Origin: Candidatus Hydrogenedens sp.
GTDB lineage: Bacteria > Hydrogenedentota > Hydrogenedentia > Hydrogenedentales > Hydrogenedentaceae
Reading direction: 5' to 3'
NCBI GenBank assembly: GCA_049968235.1
Contig: JBMFRC010000011.1
Location: 32,001-96,000 of the forward strand
Length of the DNA: 64,000 nucleotides
In this document: positions 8,623 to 18,061 of the stretch, piece after piece
Position numbering within the stretch: position 1 is the first letter of the stretch
Layout of the letters: the number at the start of each line of letters is the position of its first letter
Notes under the pieces: model-generated
Told to the model about the DNA's origin: nothing
Seen by the model: the letters and a program-made list of their open reading frames with translations, nothing else
Database searches by the model: none
Translations under genes and position numbers: made by a program

Positions 8623-10893
8623 ATGACGAATATGAATGAGAATTCAAAAGCACATTTTAGAAGAGACGATGTATCGGTCTGTCTCTTCTTATTATTATTC
8701 CCTCTGGTAGTATTGGTAATTGATTTTTCACAAAATCAGATACCTGGGAACTATACTTCTTTATATTATAGCCCACTATGGGTAGAGGGAAAATTAATAA
8801 GCAATGGGAGTTATAACAAAGATACACTTACGGATAGTTCTAAATATCTATCCGATTATTTTTATATGTCTCAAGTAAAAAGTTTATCATCCCTATTGTG
8901 GGATAACACTTCGGGAGGAGGTATTCCTTTTCTTGCGAGATGGGAATCTCGTTGTTTTTCTATTTTTAGCATACCTTTTTATTTCCTACCTTTATGGAAA
9001 TCCATTTACATTAGTATATGGTTAAAAATGATTATTGCGGGCATTGGAGCATATCTACTTGCACTATCCATAGGTTTCTTACCATCTATAGGATTATTCG
9101 TCGCGATACTATTTCAGGTCAGCGGACATTTATTTTTCAATCCCATACATCCTATAACAGATGTCATGGTTTGGTTTCCTTTATATCTATGTTTTGTAAA
9201 TCTTGTTTTTTATCATTCATTTCGTTATTGGGTGTTATTATGTATATCTATTGCTTTTATGTCATTGGGGGGTAGTATTGAAACATTAGTAGTTATTTTT
9301 GCTTTCACTATTTTATATATTCTCGTTGCATATTTCTTTGCTCGACCTGAAAATATCGTTTATTATATCCCCATTTTATTTGTTCTCTTTGCATGGATAA
9401 CCGCATATGGACTTATTTCGTTTCAGATATTCCCTTATATGGAATGGAATAATCACAGAGCAATTATTTCATCTATCTCCTCTATTCCTAATCTGGTTTA
9501 CAAAGATTTATTAGGGCTATTTTTCCCAGCAGGAATCTCTGCAGAACATTCACATCTTATTCCCATTGTTTTGCTATGCTCTCCTGGCATCTGTTGTATT
9601 CTTTTATTGCCATTATGGCTCAGTGCTCGTTCTCTTATTCACTCAGAAATGCGAGGGAAAACAGAGGCGTTTTTTGTTACAAGTTTATTTCTATTTGCAA
9701 TTTTCTGTCTTATTTCTTGTTTGGACTTACAATTGCCCTATTTCAACAATATATCCCTGATTCATGTGGGTTGGTTTCTCATACTTTCAATGGGTTATAT
9801 AATTGGAATGTCTATAGAATCTTGGAATTTGTTTTCTCCTGATGAATGTCGTCAGTGTGTGAAAAAATTATTAGTTTTTGCTGTAATATTCTGGATTTTA
9901 TTATTCATGTCAGTTCTTGCAGGGAAATTATATGGTATCATAGGAACAGAATGTTTCTGGAAAGAATTCGGAATTGCATTCTTCTTTTTACTATTAGTAT
10001 TTCTATACTTGCTTTTTAGTCTTTTTTATCCTTCGCCCCGAAATTCAGGATATATACTAACCCTTATTCTTTTGCTTTCCATTATCGTTATATATCGTCC
10101 CTATCGGATTACAACACCGATAGAATTATTAAAAGTAAATGAAGAATCCATTAATAAATTAAAACAATATGGGACTCGTTTTGCAGGACCGGAACCTTTA
10201 CAGAACTTTGTTTTCTCCATAGAGGGATTAAACATGATGGTTGTCCCACCGGAGAAATGTACCAAAAGATATTCCCTTTTCATGGAAAAGGCATTAGAGG
10301 ACCCAAAACTCTGGTTTAGAACCGGAACTTCTTGTTTCCTTTTTACATCCATTGAAAATTCTAATCCGAATAATTCTTTTTATAAAATAAGGTCCGAATT
10401 AAAATTAGCAGATATGTTCTCATCTGGAATGGCTATATTCAAATCCAACAAGAATGCTCCACGGGCATTTGTAATTTACAATGGAAAAACCACTGATACT
10501 ATAAATCCTGATTTGCTTTCTTCGGATCTTCCTCATCTGGTTGAAAACGCTCTTATTCCCGAAACAACTTCTGTTACAGAACTTCCGGCGGTTGTCGAAG
10601 ATATTTCTCCCACGCATGTCCGTATCAAAGTAGAAAAGACCAAACCCGGTATACTTGTTTTAGCAGATACCTATTATCCGGGATGGTCTGTTAGCGTAGA
10701 TAATATGGTCAAAGATATTATACCTGTTAACATTGCCTTTCGTGGAGTAGAACTCAGCGAAGGGGACCACCAGATTGATTTTGAATATCAATGTAAAGGT
10801 TTCTGGTGGGGTTTAACTATAAGTATTATTGCTGTCATTCTATTTCTTGGGATAATACGGTTTACTTTCCGTTTTTCCAGACAATTAATCTAA
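8623..10893 (+). CDS. YfhO-family polytopic membrane protein (putative glycosyltransferase)
   Basis: About 14 hydrophobic helices. C-terminal soluble domain ends ...YYPGWSVSVDNMV...IAFRGVELSEGDHQIDFEY, characteristic of YfhO C-termini. Confidence 0.55.
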   Translation: MTNMNENSKAHFRRDDVSVCLFLLLFPLVVLVIDFSQNQIPGNYTSLYYSPLWVEGKLISNGSYNKDTLTDSSKYLSDYFYMSQVKSLSSLLWDNTSGGGIPFLARWESRCFSIFSIPFYFLPLWKSIYISIWLKMIIAGIGAYLLALSIGFLPSIGLFVAILFQVSGHLFFNPIHPITDVMVWFPLYLCFVNLVFYHSFRYWVLLCISIAFMSLGGSIETLVVIFAFTILYILVAYFFARPENIVYYIPILFVLFAWITAYGLISFQIFPYMEWNNHRAIISSISSIPNLVYKDLLGLFFPAGISAEHSHLIPIVLLCSPGICCILLLPLWLSARSLIHSEMRGKTEAFFVTSLFLFAIFCLISCLDLQLPYFNNISLIHVGWFLILSMGYIIGMSIESWNLFSPDECRQCVKKLLVFAVIFWILLFMSVLAGKLYGIIGTECFWKEFGIAFFFLLLVFLYLLFSLFYPSPRNSGYILTLILLLSIIVIYRPYRITTPIELLKVNEESINKLKQYGTRFAGPEPLQNFVFSIEGLNMMVVPPEKCTKRYSLFMEKALEDPKLWFRTGTSCFLFTSIENSNPNNSFYKIRSELKLADMFSSGMAIFKSNKNAPRAFVIYNGKTTDTINPDLLSSDLPHLVENALIPETTSVTELPAVVEDISPTHVRIKVEKTKPGILVLADTYYPGWSVSVDNMVKDIIPVNIAFRGVELSEGDHQIDFEYQCKGFWWGLTISIIAVILFLGIIRFTFRFSRQLI

Positions 10894-10898
10894 TATTT

Positions 10899-13505
10899 TC
10901 ATATAACTTTTTCTTCTCTCCTATCCACATTGAAGATTATTTCATTATTATCGTTTGTATCAATGTGGACATGATCACCTTCTCGGATGCCCTGAGAAAG
11001 GATTTGCATTGCCAGAGCATCCACGACCTTACGCTGGATTAGGCGTTTTAATGGTCTTGCTCCAAAAACGGGGTCATAGCCTTCTTCCGCGAGTAGTTCT
11101 TTAGCACTATCACTTACAGAAAGTCTGATTTCTCTATCCGATAATCGATTTATAACCTGATTTAATTGCAAATCAACAATTTGTCGTATCTCTTCTTTCT
11201 TCAACGGTTGGAATAGAATAATATCATCAACACGATTTAAGAATTCAGGACGGAAATGATTATGAAGAATATTTGTTACATACTCAACCTGTTTCTCATA
11301 AGGCATGTTCGTTTTCTGGAATACTTCACTGCCTAAGTTTGATGTCATGATAATAATTGTGTTTCTGAAATCTACTGTTCGACCTTTTCCGTCTGTTAAT
11401 CGTCCATCATCAAGCAATTGTAGAAGGACATTGAATACTTCGGCGTGTGCTTTTTCAATTTCATCCAGAAGAACTACACTATAAGGTTTTCTTCTTACTG
11501 CTTCTGTAAGTTGTCCTCCTTCTTCATATCCGACATAACCGGGAGGTGCACCAATAAGTCGTGCTACGGAATGTTTTTCCATGTATTCGGACATGTCAAT
11601 CCGTATCATTGCCTGTTCATGGTCGAACAATAACTCCGCTAAAGCACGTGCCAGTTCTGTTTTTCCCACTCCTGTGGGTCCAAGGAAAATAAAAGAACCT
11701 ATAGGACGATTGGGGTCTTTCAGTCCGGCTCTTGCTCTACGGACAGCATCGGACACAGCACGGATACCTTCTTTTTGTCCTACTACACGATGAGAGAGTC
11801 GTTCTTCCATATTTATTAATCTTTGCATTTCACCTTCCAATAGACGGTCTACGGGAATTCCTGTCCAACTGGATACTATTTTGGAGATATGTTCATCGGT
11901 AACTTCTTCACTTAGAAAACTTCCGTTCTTTTGTATTTCCTCTAACTCTTTCTTTCTCAATTCTAATTCTTGTCTTAAGTGGTTCAATTCTCCATAGATA
12001 ATTTCTGAGGCTTTTCCTAAATCACCCTGACGCTGTGCAATTTCAGATTGTCGTTTTGCTTCTTCAATGCGGGCATTAATTTCGCGGATTTGGTTTATTA
12101 CCGCTCTTTCTGTTTGCCATTTTGCCTTTTTAGCGTTTAATTCTTCACGAATTTCGGCAATTTCTTTTTCGATGGCTTCTCGTCTTTCGACACCTGACTT
12201 TTCCGTTTCTTTTTTTAATGCCAGATGTTCTATTTCTAATTGACGAATCCTTCTATCAAGCACATCAATCTCGTAAGGCATACTATCAATTTCTATCCGT
12301 AATCGGGAGGCAGCTTCATCAATCAGGTCAATCGCTTTATCCGGCAAAAATCGGTCTGTGATATAACGATGGCTTAAATAAGCAGATGCAACAATGGCAT
12401 CATCACGAATACGAACTCCGTGGTGTACCTCATATTTTTCTTTAAGACCACGGAGAATAGCAATAGTATCCTCAACATCAGGTTCCTCTACAATAATTGG
12501 CTGAAATCTTCTTTCCAATGCAGGGTCTTTTTCAACATGCTTCCGATATTCATCGAGGGTTGTTGCCCCTATACAATGGAGTTCTCCGCGTGCTAAGGCG
12601 GGTTTTAACATGTTGGATGCGTCCATTGCTCCTTCGGCGGAACCCGCACCTATAAGTGTGTGCATCTCATCAATGAACAGGATTATATTCCCTTGAGACT
12701 CCTGGATAGTAGAAAGAACCGCTTTAAGTCGTTCTTCAAATTCACCACGAAACTTACTTCCAGCAATAAGAGCAGATAGATCTAAAGCATGAATTCGTTT
12801 GTTCTTTAATGATTCAGGGATATCTCCCGAAACTATTCGTTGTGCTAAACCTTCTACTATGGCTGTTTTTCCGACACCGGGTTCGCCAATAAGCACCGGG
12901 TTATTTTTTGTTCTTCGGGATAAGACCTGAATCACTCTTCGTATTTCTTCGTCCCTACCAATAACAGGGTCTAATTTTCCTACCCGGGCTAACTGGGTTA
13001 AATCTCTACTAAACCGTTCCAGAGCATCATAGGTAGATTCCGCATTGGGGTCATCTACGCGTTGATTTCCTCTTACTTCTTTCAACGCAGATAATAGGGA
13101 AGTTTCCGTAATACCTAAATTTTTTAAGATTTTTCCTGCATGGTTCGTTTTTTCTCGAACCATACCTAACAGGACATGCTCGGAACTTAAATATTGGTCT
13201 TTTAATGTTTGGGCAAAATTCCATGATGTTTCTAATACCTGTTGAAGTTCATAGGACAGATTGGGATTATGAAGACCCGATGAAATATGTGGAAGTTTCT
13301 CCATCTCTCTATTTATCGAAGCATTTATCTGTCCTTTTGAAAGCCCTAATCTCTGTAGTATTGGAACAACTGCTGAATTTTCTTTCGTGATTAATGATGT
13401 TAGTAAATGTAAGGATGTAATTTCAGGATGTCCTTTATTTGTAGCTAAATCAAGGGCTTCCGATAATGCATCCTGTAAAGGTATAGTTAATCTATCAAAT
13501 CTCAT
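10899..13505 (-). CDS. clpB: ATP-dependent chaperone ClpB
   Basis: Clp N-domain. Two AAA+ modules (GEPGVGKT and GPTGVGKT Walker A motifs). Long middle coiled coil. 868 aa. AGGAGG SD upstream. Confidence 0.95.
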   Translation of the reverse strand: MRFDRLTIPLQDALSEALDLATNKGHPEITSLHLLTSLITKENSAVVPILQRLGLSKGQINASINREMEKLPHISSGLHNPNLSYELQQVLETSWNFAQTLKDQYLSSEHVLLGMVREKTNHAGKILKNLGITETSLLSALKEVRGNQRVDDPNAESTYDALERFSRDLTQLARVGKLDPVIGRDEEIRRVIQVLSRRTKNNPVLIGEPGVGKTAIVEGLAQRIVSGDIPESLKNKRIHALDLSALIAGSKFRGEFEERLKAVLSTIQESQGNIILFIDEMHTLIGAGSAEGAMDASNMLKPALARGELHCIGATTLDEYRKHVEKDPALERRFQPIIVEEPDVEDTIAILRGLKEKYEVHHGVRIRDDAIVASAYLSHRYITDRFLPDKAIDLIDEAASRLRIEIDSMPYEIDVLDRRIRQLEIEHLALKKETEKSGVERREAIEKEIAEIREELNAKKAKWQTERAVINQIREINARIEEAKRQSEIAQRQGDLGKASEIIYGELNHLRQELELRKKELEEIQKNGSFLSEEVTDEHISKIVSSWTGIPVDRLLEGEMQRLINMEERLSHRVVGQKEGIRAVSDAVRRARAGLKDPNRPIGSFIFLGPTGVGKTELARALAELLFDHEQAMIRIDMSEYMEKHSVARLIGAPPGYVGYEEGGQLTEAVRRKPYSVVLLDEIEKAHAEVFNVLLQLLDDGRLTDGKGRTVDFRNTIIIMTSNLGSEVFQKTNMPYEKQVEYVTNILHNHFRPEFLNRVDDIILFQPLKKEEIRQIVDLQLNQVINRLSDREIRLSVSDSAKELLAEEGYDPVFGARPLKRLIQRKVVDALAMQILSQGIREGDHVHIDTNDNNEIIFNVDRREEKVI

Positions 13506-13542
13506 AATTTATTACCTCCTTCTTTTTATTTATTTTTTATTA

Positions 13543-13558
13543 GCAATTGGTGTGCCAG
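13543..13558 (-). promoter_or_regulatory. Candidate sigma-54 (-24/-12) promoter TGGCAC-N5-TTGCT upstream of clpB
   Basis: Minus-strand reading: atcTGGCACaccaaTTGCTaat. GG and GC elements have exact consensus spacing. About 30 nt further on is AGGAGG, then the clpB ATG. Confidence 0.55.
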
Positions 13559-13645
13559 ATTAAAAAGTAGATTTTCTGCTCATTTTACATAATCTTTGTT
13601 TCAAAAAGAGATTTGTTTTGTAACACTGTTCCAGTTTAAAACAAA

Positions 13646-13677
13646 AGAGGCAAACCTTTTTGCAAAGATTTGCCTCT
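13646..13677 (-). terminator. Rho-independent terminator hairpin downstream of the outer-membrane protein gene
   Basis: AGAGGCAAA ... TTTGCCTCT forms a 9-bp perfect stem. It is followed on the minus strand by the T-rich CTTTTGTTTT. Confidence 0.55.
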
Positions 13678-13697
13678 AATAATTACGACCTATTAAA

Positions 13698-15263
13698 TTA
13701 GAATTTAAGGACTGTCATCCAGAAGATATATCCTGCATCGTTATTGTCTGAACCGCCAGAGAAATCTGTCCCATTTCCTTGAATATATGCTCCTTGTGCT
13801 AATCCATCACCAACGAATAGGTAATTTCCATAGAGCATAAACCAGAGGTCTTTGGAGTAGTTGTATCTAATCCATGCGGCGATTTCCCAACCTATATCAC
13901 TTTCTCCTTCGTCAGTCCAGAAACTAAGTAATGGTGCTGCGTAGAATTTTCTCCCCAATACCTTAAATGTTTTGGGTGGGTCAAATGGAGAAACAATCCC
14001 ATCATAAGCACCGTGCACATGGACTAAAATTTTATCTGTTGGTTTGACTTCAAACCCTAACTGAACCTGCCAGTAGTTTGATAACCAACCATTATCATTA
14101 ACAGTGGGCAAATAGTTTTTATCGGAGAATAGACGATTAAATGAATGACTTGCTTCAGGTTCATAAAATGGATTTAACCAATCCCAGAAATCAATGCTTC
14201 GGTTGTCATGCCCCTGGAAATATACACCCAGAGTATAGATTCGTGGTGTCCACTTTATATCCTCAAAGGTATAACCCACCGTCAGTTCTGCACCTAAATC
14301 ACCCCAATGGGCACTATCATCACCATAAAGGAAGCCACCTATGGGCTTAAAGGTTGCACCTAAAGAATCTGCGTCACCAAACTGGTATGCCAATTCTAAA
14401 TCATAATCGAAACCAGTGGATTTTCCAAATGCACGGACACCTACTGTATGTAATTTTGTAACGCCATAATCATCACGACCGACTATATCTTCAGCAAATT
14501 CCATAATAGGATTTCCCGTAGTGTCGTGTGGACTTAAGCCATCTCTGAGAAAATACCAGTACGCCGAAACTGTAAGTGGTTTCCATCCTGCATAAGTCCC
14601 ATAAATACCATAGAAATCTATATCCCCATCCTGTTCAATCTGGAATCGGTCATTAACTTTGGATGCGAATGCATCAACGGTCCAATCTCCTTGTTTATAA
14701 GTTAACCGAATGGCGTCATAGGAAGAATATTGTGATGGTGTTAACATGTTGGTTACTAACCAACCTTTGCCCATAATTAAATCCTGGCGACCTACGCGTA
14801 ATGTTAAAGGAGATCCAAACAACTCACGAACTTCTACATAGGCTTGTTCAATTTCTACATCATCATTAGAATTTGCTCGTGTATCTACTCCTGTAACATA
14901 ATCTCGCGAACGGAAATCTTCACCCCAGATATGCCAATCATAAAATTCGATAAAAGCAGATACATTATCCGTAAAATCTGCTTTGAAATTCAGTAACACA
15001 GAAGTTTCATACCTTGTCCAATCGGAACCCTGGTCATCCCATTTGTAAATAGAAGAAATCCGATTTCCTCCGACAGGTCTTTTTGGAATAAACGCAGGTG
15101 GTATCCTTTCCGTTCTCGGTGCAAATGTGTTTATATACCAGCGTCCCCGAATTCTCAATTCTCCCCCAACTGAGACGCTTTGTAATTCAGCAACCGCTAC
15201 GGATGTAATTGTTACACATAGAATAAATACACATATCCCCTTTGCCAAAAGAGATTTGTTCAT
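13698..15263 (-). CDS. Putative outer-membrane beta-barrel protein (porin-like)
   Basis: Signal peptide MNKSLLAKGICVFILCVTITSVAVA. Aromatic-rich alternating pattern. C-terminal ...MTVLKF with terminal Phe is typical of OMP beta-barrels. Confidence 0.45.
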   Translation of the reverse strand: MNKSLLAKGICVFILCVTITSVAVAELQSVSVGGELRIRGRWYINTFAPRTERIPPAFIPKRPVGGNRISSIYKWDDQGSDWTRYETSVLLNFKADFTDNVSAFIEFYDWHIWGEDFRSRDYVTGVDTRANSNDDVEIEQAYVEVRELFGSPLTLRVGRQDLIMGKGWLVTNMLTPSQYSSYDAIRLTYKQGDWTVDAFASKVNDRFQIEQDGDIDFYGIYGTYAGWKPLTVSAYWYFLRDGLSPHDTTGNPIMEFAEDIVGRDDYGVTKLHTVGVRAFGKSTGFDYDLELAYQFGDADSLGATFKPIGGFLYGDDSAHWGDLGAELTVGYTFEDIKWTPRIYTLGVYFQGHDNRSIDFWDWLNPFYEPEASHSFNRLFSDKNYLPTVNDNGWLSNYWQVQLGFEVKPTDKILVHVHGAYDGIVSPFDPPKTFKVLGRKFYAAPLLSFWTDEGESDIGWEIAAWIRYNYSKDLWFMLYGNYLFVGDGLAQGAYIQGNGTDFSGGSDNNDAGYIFWMTVLKF

Positions 15264-15425
15264 TTAAGTACCCTTTCATTTAATTATTAGTTTTATTGTT
15301 TTTTTTATAACTTATCAATAAATCACAATTTTATAATCATAGTAAATAAATAACAAAAAATTCAAATAATAACGAATATTTTTTAATATTTTTTTGTTTT
15401 TAATTAGAGAATTAGGAGATAGAAT

Positions 15426-16011
15426 ATGGTTGCAGTAAATTCTGTTATGTTACCTTTAGGAACTGAAACACCGGATTTTTGTTTAAAAGATATAACAGGC
15501 AAAATGGTACAAAGAGATAATTTTCGAGGACAAAAAGGTCTTCTTGTTATGTTTATATGTAATCATTGTCCATTTGTAAAACATATTCAAAATGAATTGG
15601 TAAAACTGACCAATGAATACCAGTCTAAAGGAATAGGCATTGTCGGAATAAATTCTAATAATACAGAAAAGTATCCCGAAGACTCTCTGGAAATGATGAA
15701 GGAGGAAGTTGTAAAAGCAGGATATACTTTCCCCTATTTGTATGATGAAACACAAGAAGTAGCAAAAAAATACAAAGCAGCATGTACGCCTGATTTTTTT
15801 TTTATTTGATGGAAACTTTAAATTGGTATATCGGGGTCAGTTCGATGATTCACGCCCGGGCAATAACAAACCCGTAGATGGCAAAGATTTGAGAAATGCA
15901 TTAGATTGTTTACTGGAAGGAAAACCTTTACCGGAACACCAAAAACCCAGTATGGGATGCAATATTAAATGGAAACCGGGAAATGAACCCGAATACTTTT
16001 TGAATCGGTAA
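15426..16011 (+). pseudogene. Thioredoxin-like (AhpC/TSA-type thioredoxin family) gene interrupted by a +1 frameshift in a T10 homopolymer
   Basis: The 15426..15809 ORF carries the FICNHCPFVKH redox motif and ends ...TPDFFFI*. The 15823..16011 ORF continues VYRGQFDDSRPGNNKPVDG...CNIKW. Removing one T from the run at 15794..15803 yields the contiguous TPDFFLFDGNFKLVYRGQFDDSRP. Confidence 0.6.
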
Positions 16012-16123
16012 TTTATTAATCCTTTACCAAAATTTTAAAAACTCATAGTTGATATTTTTATAATTGCTTCCTTTTTATAGTATATTTTATTAGTTAACAC
16101 CTTAAAATTAAAAGGAAGCTTTT

Positions 16124-16582
16124 ATGGAAAATAAAAGGGATACATTACCCTCAGGGGATTCTTTTCTTTATTTATTCAAATTGTCCATGAGAATTCTTGC
16201 CTTTGCCTATTTTTTAGGTGCCTTGTTTTTTTTCTTCATACCGGATGGTGTCAATTATATCCTCAATTTTCTTCCTATCTTTTTGAAAGTACTACAACCT
16301 TTACCTGAAAAAAATACCGATTATTTTTGGTTACCTCTGGTGGGTTCCCTTATGCTGGTATTGACCTATATTGCTTATCAATCATCCAAAGACCCACAAA
16401 ATAAAATTCTCCTAAATGTTCACATCTTATCAAAATTTATCTCATCAGCAGGCTATCTCTTTCTATTTTTATCTGATAAACTTATTTTTGGATATTTAGT
16501 GGGTTGTGTATTGGATTTTGCTATTTGTATTTATGTTTTTTATCTAAAAATGAAAATCCATCGATTAAATAGTTCTTTGTAA
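16124..16582 (+). CDS. Hypothetical small membrane protein
   Basis: Four predicted hydrophobic helices. First gene of a co-directional cluster ending in the GMC oxidoreductase. Confidence 0.4.
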   Translation: MENKRDTLPSGDSFLYLFKLSMRILAFAYFLGALFFFFIPDGVNYILNFLPIFLKVLQPLPEKNTDYFWLPLVGSLMLVLTYIAYQSSKDPQNKILLNVHILSKFISSAGYLFLFLSDKLIFGYLVGCVLDFAICIYVFYLKMKIHRLNSSL

Positions 16583-16589
16583 TATCATT

Positions 16590-17624
16590 ATGAGATTCCC
16601 TTACCGAATAACAAATGAATCCTTTTTACTTCCTTATTACAAGAATAATGCTTATGAAGTTTGGTATTGGAAACTGAATCCTGTTGAGCAAGACTGGTCG
16701 TTTTGGTTTCGTTTCACATTATTAAAAAATGCTACAAAAAATGTAGCGGAAATATGGGGGATTTTTTCAAAAAAAGAAATTCAAGAAGGTAATTCAAAAG
16801 CATTAAATATAGCCATAAAGGAAACCTTTCCTATAGAAGAATGTTATTCTTCATCAGATAATAGCATCACTTTACATGATAATTATGTAAATTTTCATTC
16901 CTGTCATGGACAAATAAAGGGGAACAATGAACAACTTGTTTGGGATTTAAGTCTTATGCCTGTAGAGCCACAGGAATCTTATAATTTTGTTCCCTTTCTA
17001 TTGTGGGAAACAGGAATTGTAAAAAACTATGCAGTAACAATTCATGAAAAAATTCTTTTTAATGGAACTATTCGGGCAAATCAGGAAACCTTGCAGGTAA
17101 ATAATGCTTTGGGAATGCAAGGACATCTTGCTGGATTAAAACAAGGACACTCATGGGCGTGGGCTCATAGTTGTATTTTTGTTGATGAGGATAATGGAGA
17201 ATCTGTTCCTATAATCATTGATATTTTAACAGCCCGTGCTCGGATTGGAGGAATAATAGTCTCACCACCACTTACAACATTATATCTGTATTATGAAGGG
17301 AAATCTTACCCATTAAACTCTATACAATATACAACAAAGAATAAATCAAAATATATTCCTTTATTCTGGGAATTCAGCACATCTACAGATAACATTCAAC
17401 TTTATGCTTCAATTGAAGCAGATATATCAACGGTTGTTGGAGTAAAATATGAAGATACAGATAGTAGTGAATTATATTGTTATAACACCAAAATGGCGAC
17501 TATGAAACTCATTATTTATGATAAAGAAGTTAATAAGAAACGGAAATTTATCAGTCTCAATAAGTGTGCCTTTGAATGGGTGCAACGAGAACTCTGGGAA
17601 AAAGTTCCTATTTCAATTTGGTAA
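16590..17624 (+). CDS. Hypothetical protein (Trp-rich, soluble)
   Basis: 344-aa ORF lying 8 bp after the preceding gene. No motif recognised with confidence. Confidence 0.4.
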   Translation: MRFPYRITNESFLLPYYKNNAYEVWYWKLNPVEQDWSFWFRFTLLKNATKNVAEIWGIFSKKEIQEGNSKALNIAIKETFPIEECYSSSDNSITLHDNYVNFHSCHGQIKGNNEQLVWDLSLMPVEPQESYNFVPFLLWETGIVKNYAVTIHEKILFNGTIRANQETLQVNNALGMQGHLAGLKQGHSWAWAHSCIFVDEDNGESVPIIIDILTARARIGGIIVSPPLTTLYLYYEGKSYPLNSIQYTTKNKSKYIPLFWEFSTSTDNIQLYASIEADISTVVGVKYEDTDSSELYCYNTKMATMKLIIYDKEVNKKRKFISLNKCAFEWVQRELWEKVPISIW

Positions 17625-17632
17625 AGAATATT

Positions 17633-18061
17633 ATGCAATCATTTATTAAAAAAAATAGTTATGCTATTTTAACCACATTACTTAATGACGATTCTTATTG
17701 GATTGAAAATGTTTCAATGGATGCATTCTGGGTAGAATTTAAAAAGACTCTGGATTCTTTACCTAAATTAAATCGTCTGGGTCTTGTATTTGCTTTCATT
17801 TTGATTTCGATAATCCCTCCTCCCTATTCTTTTTTTTCCCTTATGTATAATTCACAGTTCCCCCTAAGAAAAAAGTGGCTCGAGTCGTGGGAACAATCAA
17901 AATGGTTATGGAGAAAATCGTTGTTTTTAGGAATACGCATTTTAATTATCGGGAGTGCACTTCAACTTCCTCAAACAATGATACATACGAATTATCAGGA
18001 ATTATTATCAGAAAGAGAAAAGCATTCTTGTTTAAAGATAAGACAGATAACCGATGAATGA
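17633..18061 (+). CDS. Hypothetical small membrane protein
   Basis: Start set at ATG 17633, 9 bp after the upstream stop. Its stop overlaps the next start as ATGAATGA, indicating translational coupling. Confidence 0.4.
   Translation: MQSFIKKNSYAILTTLLNDDSYWIENVSMDAFWVEFKKTLDSLPKLNRLGLVFAFILISIIPPPYSFFSLMYNSQFPLRKKWLESWEQSKWLWRKSLFLGIRILIIGSALQLPQTMIHTNYQELLSEREKHSCLKIRQITDE

Noticed and set aside
10806-11042. 78-aa plus-strand ORF overlapping the clpB 3' end and small ORFs antisense inside clpB (11445..11793)
   Set aside because: They sit entirely within or antisense to the well-supported clpB CDS and have no independent signals.
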